Source: an uncultured Rhodobacterales bacterium | GTDB taxonomy: Bacteria; Pseudomonadota; Alphaproteobacteria; Rhodobacterales; Rhodobacteraceae | Assembly (NCBI GenBank): GCA_964542095.1 | Contig: CAZITF010000001.1 | Span: forward strand, 21,046 to 85,045 | DNA: 64,000 nucleotides | Direction: 5' to 3' | Shown: in pieces, positions 1 to 9,517 of the stretch | Position numbering within the stretch: the first letter of the stretch is position 1 | Layout of the letters: the number at the start of each line of letters is the position of its first letter | Notes under the pieces: model-generated | What the model was told of the DNA's origin: nothing | The model's database searches: none | Seen by the model: the letters and a program-made list of their open reading frames with translations, nothing else | Translations under genes and position numbers: made by a program

Positions 1-1362
1 ATCATAGCCGTTCAACTGCCCCGGCATCACCAGGTCGGAAAAGACGATATCGACGGCGGCCCCGTCTTTCAGCATCATATACGCCGCATCGCCACTGTCG
101 GCTTCCAGCGTGTCGAACCCCAGATCGCGGATACGCTGGGTCGACAGTTTGCGCACCCTGGGATTGTCCTCGACAACCAGAACCGTTTCTCCGTACCCGC
201 GCGCCATCGCACCGCCGCTTGCGGGCGCGGCGTTGTCTGCATCGGGCCGTGTCTCTTTGAGGGCTGGAAAATAGAGCCCGAAACTGCTGCCCAGCCCCAA
301 CTCGCTGTAAAGCGTCACGTGCCCGCCGGATTGGCGCACAAACCCATACACCATCGCCAACCCCAACCCGGTGCCGCCGCTGTCGGACTTGGTGGTAAAG
401 AACGGCTCGAACGCGCGGCGCTGGGCCTCGAGGCTCATGCCCGCGCCGTTGTCGCTGACTGACAGGCGCACGTATTCGCCGGGTGCAATGTCGGTTTCCT
501 GTGCCATGTAAGTGTCGTCGATCCGGACATTCCGCACCGAGACCAGCAATTCGCCCCCGGCCCCCATCGCATCACGCGCGTTGAGCGCCAGGTTCATCAG
601 TGCCGACTGCAACTGCACCGGGTCGATCATCACCGGATCGACCTGGTCGGCAAAGTCGGTCTTGATCCGGTAGGTCGCCCCGATCGTCCGTTTGAGCAGG
701 CCAAGGATGTCCGCGCACAGCTCACGCAGGTCGGCGCGCACGGGATTGAGATTGCTGCGCCGGGCAAAGACCATCAACCGGTTGGTCAACTCCGCCCCAA
801 GTTCCGCGGCTTCAAGCGCGTCCTTGATCAGGGGCTGCTGGCGCGCCGTGGCGCCCCGCATTTCCAGCAGTTCGAGGTTGCCCGTGATGACGGTCAACAG
901 GTTGTTGAAATCATGCGCAATTCCGCCGGTCAACTGGCCAATCGCATCCAGCCGCTGAGACCGCGCCAGCGCCTCTTCGGTGGCTTTGCGGTGGGTCAGA
1001 TCGTGCAGAATGGCGATGAAGACCCACTGGCCGTCGACCTGCGCGCTGCCCACGGACAGATGCAGGGGAAAGACGGTCCCGTCCCTGCGCTGTCCCTCGA
1101 CATCGCGGCCTTTGCCGATGATCCGTTTTTCGCCCGTTTTCATGTGATGGGTCATGAACCCGTCATGCAGCACGGCGAGGGCTTGGGGCATGAGGATGTT
1201 GACGCTTTGCCCCGGCATGTCGGCGACTTCGATGCCGAACATCGCGCCAGCGGCTGCATTGGCCCGCAGGATCGTGCCGCGCTGATCGGACACGATCATT
1301 GCATCCACTGCCGCACCCAGGATGGCGCGCAAGATCGCGCTGTCGCGTGCGGTGTCGGTCAT
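1..1362 (-). CDS. FixL-type heme-PAS hybrid sensor histidine kinase with C-terminal receiver; 3' end runs off the window
   Basis: Not in the ORF track; translated by hand from ATG 1362 (GGAGG upstream). PAS segment NILMPQALAVLHDGFMTHHMKTGEKRIIGKGRDVEGQRRDGTVFPLHLSVG resembles the FixL heme PAS; H-box GIAHDFNNLL; EPFFTTK..GGTGLGL; receiver VLVVED and FSDLVMPG. Confidence 0.88.
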   Translation of the reverse strand, partial: MTDTARDSAILRAILGAAVDAMIVSDQRGTILRANAAAGAMFGIEVADMPGQSVNILMPQALAVLHDGFMTHHMKTGEKRIIGKGRDVEGQRRDGTVFPLHLSVGSAQVDGQWVFIAILHDLTHRKATEEALARSQRLDAIGQLTGGIAHDFNNLLTVITGNLELLEMRGATARQQPLIKDALEAAELGAELTNRLMVFARRSNLNPVRADLRELCADILGLLKRTIGATYRIKTDFADQVDPVMIDPVQLQSALMNLALNARDAMGAGGELLVSVRNVRIDDTYMAQETDIAPGEYVRLSVSDNGAGMSLEAQRRAFEPFFTTKSDSGGTGLGLAMVYGFVRQSGGHVTLYSELGLGSSFGLYFPALKETRPDADNAAPASGGAMARGYGETVLVVEDNPRVRKLSTQRIRDLGFDTLEADSGDAAYMMLKDGAAVDIVFSDLVMPGQLNGYD

Positions 1363-1420
1363 CTGCGTCGGCCTCCCGGGGTCAACCTGCCAAATGCTGC
1401 CCGACGCGCGCAAGGGCCGA

Positions 1421-1434
1421 TTGATTTGCATCAA
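1421..1434. promoter_or_regulatory. FNR/FixK box (perfect consensus)
   Basis: TTGATTTGCATCAA between the divergent kinase and USP genes. Confidence 0.9.
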
Positions 1435-1535
1435 CGCTTCGGTCTGGCCACCATGGCAGAGATCGATCCCGCGCCGGGGGTGCCGCGCTGCGCCTCCGAG
1501 GCGGCGATTGCAGGCGAAACAGAGGAAATGCAGCC

Positions 1536-1982
1536 ATGTTCAGAACAATCCTCGTCGGACTCGATGGCTCTGAAAAAGCGAAAAAGGCGGCCCGCGTCGG
1601 CTTTGATCTGGCCAAGTATTATTCGGGGAGCGTCACGTTGATCCATGTTCCACATGATCCGGCGCTGGAATTCGCGACCGGCGACGTGACCGACCATGAT
1701 GCCGGGGCCAACGGGCTCAGCTTTGACGAGATCGAAGAGGCCGGGCAAAAGATATTGGATGACGGGCTGGCCATCGCCGCGGACATGCTGTTTGACAACG
1801 TAAAGACCTGCATGCCCCACGGGGAGGCCGCCGACGAGATTGTGCAGCATGCCGAAAAGATCGGTGCCGATTTGATCGTCACCGGGCGGCGGGGCCTGAG
1901 CGCGATGTCGAGCCTGGTTCTGGGCAGCACGACGCAGCAGATCAATCACCGCGCGACATGCGCCTGCCTTTCAGTGGTCTGA
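1536..1982 (+). CDS. Universal stress protein (UspA family)
   Basis: ILVGLDGS at N-terminus; ADLIVTGRRG..LGSTTQQI motif. Confidence 0.93.
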   Translation: MFRTILVGLDGSEKAKKAARVGFDLAKYYSGSVTLIHVPHDPALEFATGDVTDHDAGANGLSFDEIEEAGQKILDDGLAIAADMLFDNVKTCMPHGEAADEIVQHAEKIGADLIVTGRRGLSAMSSLVLGSTTQQINHRATCACLSVV

Positions 1983-1997
1983 TTCTGTCACTTCTGC

Positions 1998-2576
1998 TCA
2001 ACGCCCGGCCCGGCCCAGTTTGGCCGCGGTCTCGATGAACCCTTTCTGTGCCTTTCCGCTCGGGTCTTCTGCATTGCCGCAGATGGTCCAGGCGACCGGT
2101 CTTATCCCGCAGAACCTGAGGATATTTCGGTCCAGACTGCGTAGAGAATGGGCGAAAAAAAACCACCGGTAGGCCAACGCCGGCATTCCCATCGTGACCA
2201 TCACCCGTGCCGATTTCCCCTTGAGCCGAGGTGTCCACTTGATCCCGTCGAGATCGAAGGCAAAGCTTTGGCGCAGCACCTGTTCGAACCACGCCTTGAC
2301 CAGCGCCGGCATGTCACCCATCCACAGCGGATATATCAGCACGATATGGTCCGCGGCGTCGACAGCGGCCCGACCTGCTGCGACAAACGGAGGAAGCGTC
2401 TCGTTCTCCCATTCGGATTTCGAGCGCAGGAACGGGATGTCCAGCGCACCTATGTCGATCAATTCGACGCTGTGCCCGGCTGCGATCGCGGCGTCGCGGT
2501 AGCTGTCGGCGATGGCGTGGCACAGATGGCGTTGTGCGGCGTCGGGATGTCCCTGCAGGATCAGGATACGGGTCAT
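1998..2576 (-). CDS. NAD(P)H-dependent oxidoreductase, flavodoxin-like fold (quinone reductase family)
   Basis: ILILQGHP, ADHIVLIYPLWMGDMPALVKAWFEQV, LKGKSARVMVTMG; overlaps the end of the upstream M50 gene. Confidence 0.88.
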   Translation of the reverse strand: MTRILILQGHPDAAQRHLCHAIADSYRDAAIAAGHSVELIDIGALDIPFLRSKSEWENETLPPFVAAGRAAVDAADHIVLIYPLWMGDMPALVKAWFEQVLRQSFAFDLDGIKWTPRLKGKSARVMVTMGMPALAYRWFFFAHSLRSLDRNILRFCGIRPVAWTICGNAEDPSGKAQKGFIETAAKLGRAGR

Positions 2577-3724
2577 GAAGAACGAGGCTCCTGCTGCTGG
2601 GGGCGGGGCAACAGTGTGTTGCCCAGATACCGGGTCAGATCGGACAGGGTGATTATGCCCAGCAGTTCATGGTCCCGCACCACCATGAACTTGCGGCGTC
2701 CGGTGCTGCGGATGATCTCGAGCAGGTCGGGCAGGGCGAGGTCGGGATCGACCATCACGCCCCCTTCAAGTCCGACAAAGACATCGCCGACCCGCGTGTT
2801 GGCCCAGTTTTCCCGGTCGATGCTGGACAGGACCGACTGGTCGATATGCCCCAGCAGAACGCCGTCTTCCATCACCGGAAGAAAGCTGACTGCCCGGCGC
2901 AGCATGATCTGGTTGACAAGGGCGGCCAATGTCATGTCGGGACTGACGGTGATTGGCTCGCGCGCCATCATCGCCCCGACCGATTTCCCCTCAAAGGCCG
3001 TCTTGGCCAGTTGCGCGGTATAGCTCGATTGTGCGGCGATCAGGACGAAACCGCCGATGAGCAAATACCAGAGCCCGGCGACCAGCGCGCCCTGAAACAG
3101 CGCCAGAATCCCCAGACCCATCAGCCCATAGGCAAAGAACCGGCCCGATTGCGCCGCCGTGCGCGTGGCACTCAGCACATCGCCACTGCGCTGCCACAAA
3201 TAGGCGCGCAGCACGCGGCCCCCATCCAGCGGAAAGGCCGGGATAAGGTTGAACAGCCCCAGCACAAGGTTGATGGTCGCCAGATACGACAACACCACGG
3301 TGACCGGCGGTGCGGCTGAGTCGATGCGCGCGATCTGGGCCAGTGTCCCGATTCCGACAGCCAGTGCCAGCGACATCATCGGACCTGCGATTGCGATCCA
3401 GAATTCGGCTGCGGCCGATTTGGGCTCTGCGTCCAGTTCGGCCACGCCGCCAAAGACGAACAGGGTGATGCTGCGAATTGGCACGCCCAAACGTCGCGCG
3501 ATCACCGAATGGGCCAGTTCATGCAGCAACAGGGAGGCAAACAGGCCGAGCATCGCAACAACGGCCATGGCAAGATATGTCATGCGGCTCAGCCCCGGGA
3601 CAGTGTCCGGGAACAACTGCTGGGCCAGGCTCCAGGTGACAAGGGCTGCGATGATCACCCAACTGGGATCAATTTTGATGGCGAACCCGTTGATCGTGAG
3701 GAGTTTTATTGCATGTGAGAACAT
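2573..3724 (-). CDS. Site-2 (M50) zinc metalloprotease with tandem CBS domains
   Basis: HELAH, FNLIPAFPLDGGR, several TM segments, C-terminal CBS pair. Confidence 0.93.
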   Translation of the reverse strand: MFSHAIKLLTINGFAIKIDPSWVIIAALVTWSLAQQLFPDTVPGLSRMTYLAMAVVAMLGLFASLLLHELAHSVIARRLGVPIRSITLFVFGGVAELDAEPKSAAAEFWIAIAGPMMSLALAVGIGTLAQIARIDSAAPPVTVVLSYLATINLVLGLFNLIPAFPLDGGRVLRAYLWQRSGDVLSATRTAAQSGRFFAYGLMGLGILALFQGALVAGLWYLLIGGFVLIAAQSSYTAQLAKTAFEGKSVGAMMAREPITVSPDMTLAALVNQIMLRRAVSFLPVMEDGVLLGHIDQSVLSSIDRENWANTRVGDVFVGLEGGVMVDPDLALPDLLEIIRSTGRRKFMVVRDHELLGIITLSDLTRYLGNTLLPRPQQQEPRSS

Positions 3725-3772
3725 GTCCGACCCATCCTTGCGCCCATTTTATTCCAAGCGAGCAGGGTCGAA

Positions 3773-3786
3773 TTGACATTGCTCAA
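3773..3786. promoter_or_regulatory. FNR/FixK-type box upstream of the M50 protease
   Basis: TTGACATTGCTCAA; TAAAAT -10-like hexamer on the minus strand at 3746-3751, at class II spacing. Confidence 0.75.
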
Positions 3787-3793
3787 GGCACTG

Positions 3794-4510
3794 CTATCCG
3801 GCGTGGAACAACCCGCCCACGCTGTAGGCCAGCGTCGCGGCAATGCCCCCGATCAACAGCGTTTCCGCGCCCGAGCGCCACCATTTCGCCAGCGACCAGC
3901 GGCTCTTGCCCGCGCCGATCAGGAAGAACGTCAGCAGGGTTGCCAGAACCGAGGTCGCGAAGGGATTCGGCAATTGAAAGGCGAAGGGCAGCAAGGGCAC
4001 CGAACCGGCCAGCATGAACGCGACGAAGGTCGCAAGGGCAGCCCGCATCGGTTCCGGCTCTGACCGCGCCAGCCCGTATTCGTCTGTCAACATCAGGTCG
4101 ATCCAGTGGCTTTCGTTTTGCGCAATGGCCGCTGTGGCCTGTTCCAGCACGGCGCCGGAAAGGCCGCGGTTGCGCAGGATCTGGCGCAACTCTTCCAACT
4201 CGCCCGCGCGGTGATTTGCGATATGGTCTTCCTCGATTCTGACAATGCGCTTGCGGTCATCCAATTCGGCCTTGGTGCCGGAATAGTTGCTGGCCGCCAT
4301 TGAAAATCCGTCAGCGACGATATTGGCAAGACCAAGCGCCAGGATCACCCCATGGGACAACCCCGCACCCTCAACCCCTGCAACAATGGCAAAGGTGGTG
4401 ACCGCGCCGTCGATCCCGCCATAGATCATGTCCTTGAGCGGACTTTGCCGCCCGCCTTGTGACAGGCGTTGGTGGATTTCCTGCGGGCTGTGTCCGTGTG
4501 CTTGCTTCAT
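3794..4510 (-). CDS. VIT1/CCC1 family iron/manganese transporter
   Basis: DMIYGGIDGAVTTFAIVAG, ADGFSMAASNY; start set at MKQAHGH because the longer ORF start lies inside an FNR box. Confidence 0.9.
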   Translation of the reverse strand: MKQAHGHSPQEIHQRLSQGGRQSPLKDMIYGGIDGAVTTFAIVAGVEGAGLSHGVILALGLANIVADGFSMAASNYSGTKAELDDRKRIVRIEEDHIANHRAGELEELRQILRNRGLSGAVLEQATAAIAQNESHWIDLMLTDEYGLARSEPEPMRAALATFVAFMLAGSVPLLPFAFQLPNPFATSVLATLLTFFLIGAGKSRWSLAKWWRSGAETLLIGGIAATLAYSVGGLFHAG

Positions 4511-4544
4511 GCGGGCAGTGTGGCGCGGGCGGGCCAAGTGCGCC

Positions 4545-4610
4545 TTGAGCGATGTCAAATGTCGGTTCGGGCAAACGCGCCTTGATCTTCCGCGAATTGA
4601 GCAATGTCAA
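4545..4610. promoter_or_regulatory. Pair of FNR/FixK-type boxes in the VIT1/phasin divergent promoter
   Basis: TTGAGCGATGTCAA (4545-4558) and TTGAGCAATGTCAA (4597-4610); TATCGT -10 at 4633-4638. Confidence 0.75.
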
Positions 4611-4671
4611 CGCGCGCGCGCACAACAGGCTCTATCGTGGCTGCATCGCGTCACACAACGGAGGATCAGAC

Positions 4672-5013
4672 ATGGCCGAAACGCCACAAAAACAGGACCA
4701 GCAGACCAGCGCAGACCCGTTCAACGCTTTCACTCAGCTTCAGAAGGCAGGGCTGGGAAATCTGATGGGAATGAACACCGCCTGGATAGAGGCGGTCAGT
4801 GACCTGAGCGCCGAGGTTGCCGGTTTCGTCGCCGAACGGATCAAGGAAGACGTGAAAACCCAGCATGAAATCCTGCACTGCAAGTCGGTCACAGACCTTC
4901 AGCACATTCAGGCGCAGTTTCTGCAAAAGGCGATCGACCAGTATCAGGCCGAAACCGGCAAGCTGGTCGAAATGAGCACCAAGGCCTTTGCACCAAAGAC
5001 CAAGGGCAACTGA
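4672..5013 (+). CDS. phaP: Phasin family protein
   Basis: GGAGG RBS; helical protein with FVAERIKEDVKTQHEILHCKSVTDLQHIQAQF, typical of alphaproteobacterial phasins; phaC nearby. Confidence 0.8.
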   Translation: MAETPQKQDQQTSADPFNAFTQLQKAGLGNLMGMNTAWIEAVSDLSAEVAGFVAERIKEDVKTQHEILHCKSVTDLQHIQAQFLQKAIDQYQAETGKLVEMSTKAFAPKTKGN

Positions 5014-5043
5014 GCAGGGTCAAGGAGACGCCCGCAAGGGCGA

Positions 5044-6255
5044 TTACAATTGCGACCGTTCGACCAGGGCGGTTCCGTCGGCGATGGCATCGCTGGGGTG
5101 GGTGACGACGGCATCGCCCACCGCCAGTCCGTCCATCACTTCGACCATACGGTCATTGCGTCTGCCCAGGGTCACGGCCCGCTTTTGGGCCAACCCCTGG
5201 ACAAAGACGAAGACGGCCCAGTCCGGGCCTTGCCGAAACACTGCACTCAGAGGGATTTGCAGTACGTCTTCGGCCCGCCATTCCACGATCCGCAAAAAGA
5301 CCGAATAACCGTCCCCGAGGTTGGGCCGCGCCTCGCCGGCATTGCTCAGGGTGAAATAGGCGTCGACCCGCTGTTCCTCGATCCCCAACGCCGATACCTT
5401 GGTGCGGGCCCTGGGATCGATGCGGTCAAGGCGGGCCTGCAGAACATGGGTGCCGCCCCAACGCTCGACATAGGCCAGCGCGCCGGGGGAAAGGCGTACG
5501 GAATCGCTCGACAGGATGTCCGCGACCAGCTCAATCTCCGTGGGGTCGCCGATGCTGACCAGCGGTGCGCCAATCGTCACGGGACGCTCGCTGATGGCGG
5601 CCACCGACAACACGACGCCGTCACTGGGCGATCTGACTTCGATACAGCAGCTTTCGGGCGCGGCACCCGCATCGCCCGGCATCAGCAGCATGGCGCGTGC
5701 CCGTTCAATCGTGCCGTCTGCCATTTCGATGCGCGCCTGTGCCGCGTCGATGCTCGCCTGCGCGACCGCCAGCCTTTGGGTGTCGTCCTCGAGCCGGGTG
5801 ATGGAGGCCACGCCGCGGGTGACCAGCGCCTGGGTGCGGTCAAATTGCGATTGGGCAAAACGCGCGGTTTCCTGCGCCTGGCGCAGGTCGGCCTGGGCCA
5901 CATGGCGCGCCGCTTCGGCCTCGCGCAGGGCCGCTTCGGCCTGCAACAGTGTCCGCGCATCCAATAATCCCGACACGGCGGGGCGCACGATCGCGACGAC
6001 CGTTTCACCGGCCTTGACCTCGTCCCCTTCCGAAACCGGAGAGCGCAGCGCGGTTCCCGAGATCGGCGAGGCGACCTCGAACAGGTCGCGTACCTGCGTC
6101 TGGCCATCGGCGTTGATCGTCACCTCGAGCGGACCACGGCTGGCCGTGGCCAGATCGACCGGCACCGGATCGGTGCGGAAACTGACATAGGCCAGCCCGG
6201 CCACGAGGACGGCCCCCAGACCGACCAGAGCAAGACTGCGGGTTGAATGGGCCAT
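5044..6255 (-). CDS. Periplasmic adaptor (membrane fusion protein, HlyD/MacA type)
   Basis: N-terminal anchor, lipoyl half-motifs (VASPISG, VRSPSDG), coiled-coil hairpin, IPLSAVF. Confidence 0.9.
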   Translation of the reverse strand: MAHSTRSLALVGLGAVLVAGLAYVSFRTDPVPVDLATASRGPLEVTINADGQTQVRDLFEVASPISGTALRSPVSEGDEVKAGETVVAIVRPAVSGLLDARTLLQAEAALREAEAARHVAQADLRQAQETARFAQSQFDRTQALVTRGVASITRLEDDTQRLAVAQASIDAAQARIEMADGTIERARAMLLMPGDAGAAPESCCIEVRSPSDGVVLSVAAISERPVTIGAPLVSIGDPTEIELVADILSSDSVRLSPGALAYVERWGGTHVLQARLDRIDPRARTKVSALGIEEQRVDAYFTLSNAGEARPNLGDGYSVFLRIVEWRAEDVLQIPLSAVFRQGPDWAVFVFVQGLAQKRAVTLGRRNDRMVEVMDGLAVGDAVVTHPSDAIADGTALVERSQL

Positions 6256-6259
6256 GGGG

Positions 6260-8623
6260 TCACTCCCTTGTTTTCATGACGGAGACCAGATCCAGCCGGT
6301 CAAGCCGACGGCGCACGATCAGCACCGAACCGAGGGCTGCGGCCAATACAACGAGGCTGGCCAGCGTGAAGGTCGCAGGCTTGAGCACCAGCGGGATCGC
6401 GTAAAGGTCAGAGGTGAAATTGCTGCTCATCAGGTGGGCAATATAGGCGCCGATGGCCCAGCCAAAGGGCTGCGCGATCAGTGCGATCAGCATCATTTCC
6501 CCGACGAGGATATAAGACACTTCGCCCCGTCCAAAGCCGAGGATGCGCAGGCTGGCCAGTTCGCGCGCACGTTCCGACAGCTGGATGCGCGCCGCGTTAT
6601 AGGTGACACCGACCGTGATCAGAACCGCCACGACGATATAGATCGTGTTCATCACCACGATGTTCTTTTCGATCGTGTCCTCGAACGAACGCCGGTTTTC
6701 ATTCATCTCGACGATGCCGCTGATGCGGGGTGTGTCCTTGATGGCGGCATGCAGGGCTTCGGACTGGCTGTCATCCAGAGTGATGTTGACGGTCGAGACC
6801 CGTGGGGCTTGCCGGAACAGCGCGTTCATGTCCTCGAAATCCATGTAGGCCCCCAGCCCGAAATACAACTCGACCAGCGCGGTGACAGTCAACTGGAACG
6901 TCTCGCGCCGCCCGCTGAGGAATTCGACCTCGATTTCGTCACCGGCCCGCACACCGAGATGCCCGGCCAGACGCTCGGACAGGACAATCCCGCCCGGAGG
7001 CACGTCGAGCGGACGGCCTGCCGTGTCGAGCACGCGGCTGAGGTCGTTGCCGGGGCGACGGGCATCGATGGCGACCCGTTTGCTTGCCGGGCCATGGCGC
7101 AGAATGGCGGTGTGAAATTGCTGGCTTTCGGCCTGCAGAACGCCGGGCAGGTTGCGCACATCCTCGATGGCCGCTTCGGGCACGTCTTCGGCAAAGAGCA
7201 GCATCGCGTCCTGCCGGTTGATCTGATAAAACGCCATGTCGACGATTTCGTCGAGCGCGTCGTTGATGAACGTCGCCGCAATGACCGACGCCACAGCCAG
7301 CGCCAGCCCGAGCGAGGTCAGGAAACTGCGCAGCGGCCAGCGCAGCAACGCGCGCAGGATCATGACGGTGGACTGGGCCAGGCGCATCCGCGCCATGGTC
7401 TCGTCGATGAAGGACCGCTTGAACCGGGGCGGGGCAGGGGGTTGCATCGCGATGGCGGGGGCCAGCCGGGCGGCCTTGAGCGCGGCCTGTGCGGCGCCGA
7501 GGCTGGTGGTTGCCAACCCCGCAAGCCCGGCCACCGCATAGACCCAATAGGACACCCTGAAGATCACGAAGGGAAAGTTGAAGAATTCCGCATATTGCGC
7601 CGCAGTTGCCCGCGCGAGTATCGTGCCTGCTGCCCAGCCCACCAGAACGCCGACTACGGCGATCAGGGCGGCAAGCATCAGGTAATGCAGGCAGATTTCC
7701 GTGTTCGAATAACCGATGGCCTTGAGCAGCCCGATCTCGCTGCGTTCCAGCGTGATGATCCGGCTCATCACCATGCTGACGAGAAAGCCGGAAATGCCAA
7801 AGAAGATCGGCGGCAGGACCGCAGCCATACCACGCAGCTGGTTGATTTCAGCATCCAGAAAGGCGTCGGATGGATGGGTGGCGCGGTCATAGGCCCCAAG
7901 ACCGCCATAGGGATCGAGCAGGATATCGAGCGCGTCGATCACCGGTGCGGTCTGCATACCCGCCGAGATGGACAGCGACACGTCGTTGAATGCGCCGGTC
8001 ATGTCAAAGGCCGCCGCCGCCGCCCGCTCGGACATCCAGATGATGCCAAAGGCCGCATTGTCCGGCATCAATGCGCCGGGGCCGATGGTATAGATGAATT
8101 CGGGCGACAGCACCGTGCCGACAATCGTCAGCACTCGTTTCTGCCCGCGCAGATTGGCGCTGAACCGGTCACCGGGTGTCATGCCATGGGCGGCGGCAAA
8201 AGGGGCGTTGACGACGATTTCGTTCACGCTTTGCACATCCGGGAACCGCCCGGAGATCAGTAGCGGCTCGTTCAGAACAGGTTGGGCCGTTTCGGGATAG
8301 GACAGGATCCGGCCAACAGCACTGCGCGCGTAACCCGGAATATCAAGGATCGCCTCGCCCGAAATGCGCCCCTCAACGCTCATCACGCCGTCGATCCGGG
8401 CGATTTCGTCCAGCAGGGACAGCGGCGCGCGGGTGGTATGGGCAAAGACATCTGCAAAGCGGTTGCGCTCGTAATAGGCCAGCCGCGTCTCGGACAGGGC
8501 CCTGTACATGCCCACCGAGGTCAGCAGGATCGCCACCCCGCAGGCCAGCACAAGGGCAATGGCAACGGCCTGTATCCACAACCGTTTGAAGTCGCGCAGC
8601 AATTTGCGGTCAATCGCCTGCAT
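6260..8623 (-). CDS. ABC transporter permease, duplicated FtsX/MacB type
   Basis: 787 aa; two repeats with ERSEIGLLKAIG and ERARELASLRILG. Confidence 0.9.
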   Translation of the reverse strand: MQAIDRKLLRDFKRLWIQAVAIALVLACGVAILLTSVGMYRALSETRLAYYERNRFADVFAHTTRAPLSLLDEIARIDGVMSVEGRISGEAILDIPGYARSAVGRILSYPETAQPVLNEPLLISGRFPDVQSVNEIVVNAPFAAAHGMTPGDRFSANLRGQKRVLTIVGTVLSPEFIYTIGPGALMPDNAAFGIIWMSERAAAAAFDMTGAFNDVSLSISAGMQTAPVIDALDILLDPYGGLGAYDRATHPSDAFLDAEINQLRGMAAVLPPIFFGISGFLVSMVMSRIITLERSEIGLLKAIGYSNTEICLHYLMLAALIAVVGVLVGWAAGTILARATAAQYAEFFNFPFVIFRVSYWVYAVAGLAGLATTSLGAAQAALKAARLAPAIAMQPPAPPRFKRSFIDETMARMRLAQSTVMILRALLRWPLRSFLTSLGLALAVASVIAATFINDALDEIVDMAFYQINRQDAMLLFAEDVPEAAIEDVRNLPGVLQAESQQFHTAILRHGPASKRVAIDARRPGNDLSRVLDTAGRPLDVPPGGIVLSERLAGHLGVRAGDEIEVEFLSGRRETFQLTVTALVELYFGLGAYMDFEDMNALFRQAPRVSTVNITLDDSQSEALHAAIKDTPRISGIVEMNENRRSFEDTIEKNIVVMNTIYIVVAVLITVGVTYNAARIQLSERARELASLRILGFGRGEVSYILVGEMMLIALIAQPFGWAIGAYIAHLMSSNFTSDLYAIPLVLKPATFTLASLVVLAAALGSVLIVRRRLDRLDLVSVMKTRE

Positions 8624-8629
8624 CTTCCC

Positions 8630-9337
8630 TCACCACGCGATCTCGGACGGTGCGAGACGGGCCTCGTTCACCCGCGTCTCGACGATCCGCCCATCCTGGA
8701 AAAAGATCACCCGATGCGCCATGCGCTGAATTTCGGCGTTATGGGTGATGACGACGGTGGTGGTGCCGAACCGGTCGTTGATGTCGCGCAGCACCTCCAG
8801 CACCTGCACGCCCGTGGTGCTGTCGAGCGCACCCGTGGGTTCATCGCACAGCAAGATTTCCGGCCGTTTGGCAATGGCGCGGGCGATGGCGACGCGCTGC
8901 TGCTCTCCCCCTGACAACTCGGACGGAAAATGATCCATGCGCTTGCCCAGACCGACAAGGTTCAAGGCCTCTTCGGCGGGCATCGGGTCGGGCGCGACAT
9001 CGGTGACAAGTTGAACGTTCTCGCGCGCGGTGAGGCTGGGAACAAGATTGTAGAACTGAAAGACAAAACCAACGTGATCGCGCCTGTACCGGGTCAGCCC
9101 TCGGTCGGGCAGGTTGGTAAGTTCGGTCTCCCCGAACCACACCCGTCCGTCACTGGCATGATCCAAACCGCCCAGAATGTTCAGCAACGTCGATTTTCCG
9201 CTGCCCGAGGGGCCAAGCAGCACGGTCAACTCGCCCTTGTACAGCGACAGGTCGACTCCATCGAGGGCGAACACCCTTACATCGCCGGTCTCGTAGACCT
9301 TGGTGATGCCTTCGGTTCTGAAGATCACATCCGCCAT
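8630..9337 (-). CDS. ABC transporter ATP-binding protein (LolD/MacB type)
   Basis: [29 protein letters not shown]. Confidence 0.95.
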   Translation of the reverse strand: MADVIFRTEGITKVYETGDVRVFALDGVDLSLYKGELTVLLGPSGSGKSTLLNILGGLDHASDGRVWFGETELTNLPDRGLTRYRRDHVGFVFQFYNLVPSLTARENVQLVTDVAPDPMPAEEALNLVGLGKRMDHFPSELSGGEQQRVAIARAIAKRPEILLCDEPTGALDSTTGVQVLEVLRDINDRFGTTTVVITHNAEIQRMAHRVIFFQDGRIVETRVNEARLAPSEIAW

Positions 9338-9385
9338 TGCGCGCTCCCGTTCGTGCTGGTTCTATCGCCGGGTCATGCGATGCGA

Positions 9386-9466
9386 TTGATCGATCTCAAT
9401 TCACATCCACGGGGTCGGCGTCACCTTCGGGAAGAACCGGCGGGTGCAGGGATTGACCAAAATCAA
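9386..9466. promoter_or_regulatory. Pair of FNR/FixK-type boxes between the ABC operon and the Crp/Fnr gene
   Basis: TTGATCGATCTCAA (9386-9399) and TTGACCAAAATCAA (9453-9466); TATCGT at 9488-9493. Confidence 0.8.
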
Positions 9467-9517
9467 GGCGGACGGTGGCGAAGGGTCTATCGTGATCGGT
9501 AAAAAAGTGGAGGGACC

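Noticed and set aside
913-1641. 242-aa plus-strand ORF
   Set aside because: Shadow of the FixL-type kinase; it also runs through the FNR box and into the USP gene
6254-8263. 669-aa plus-strand ORF; likewise 12532-13974, 14014-15477, 40197-41648 and 50806-52746
   Set aside because: Each mirrors a real gene on the opposite strand and has no recognisable domain
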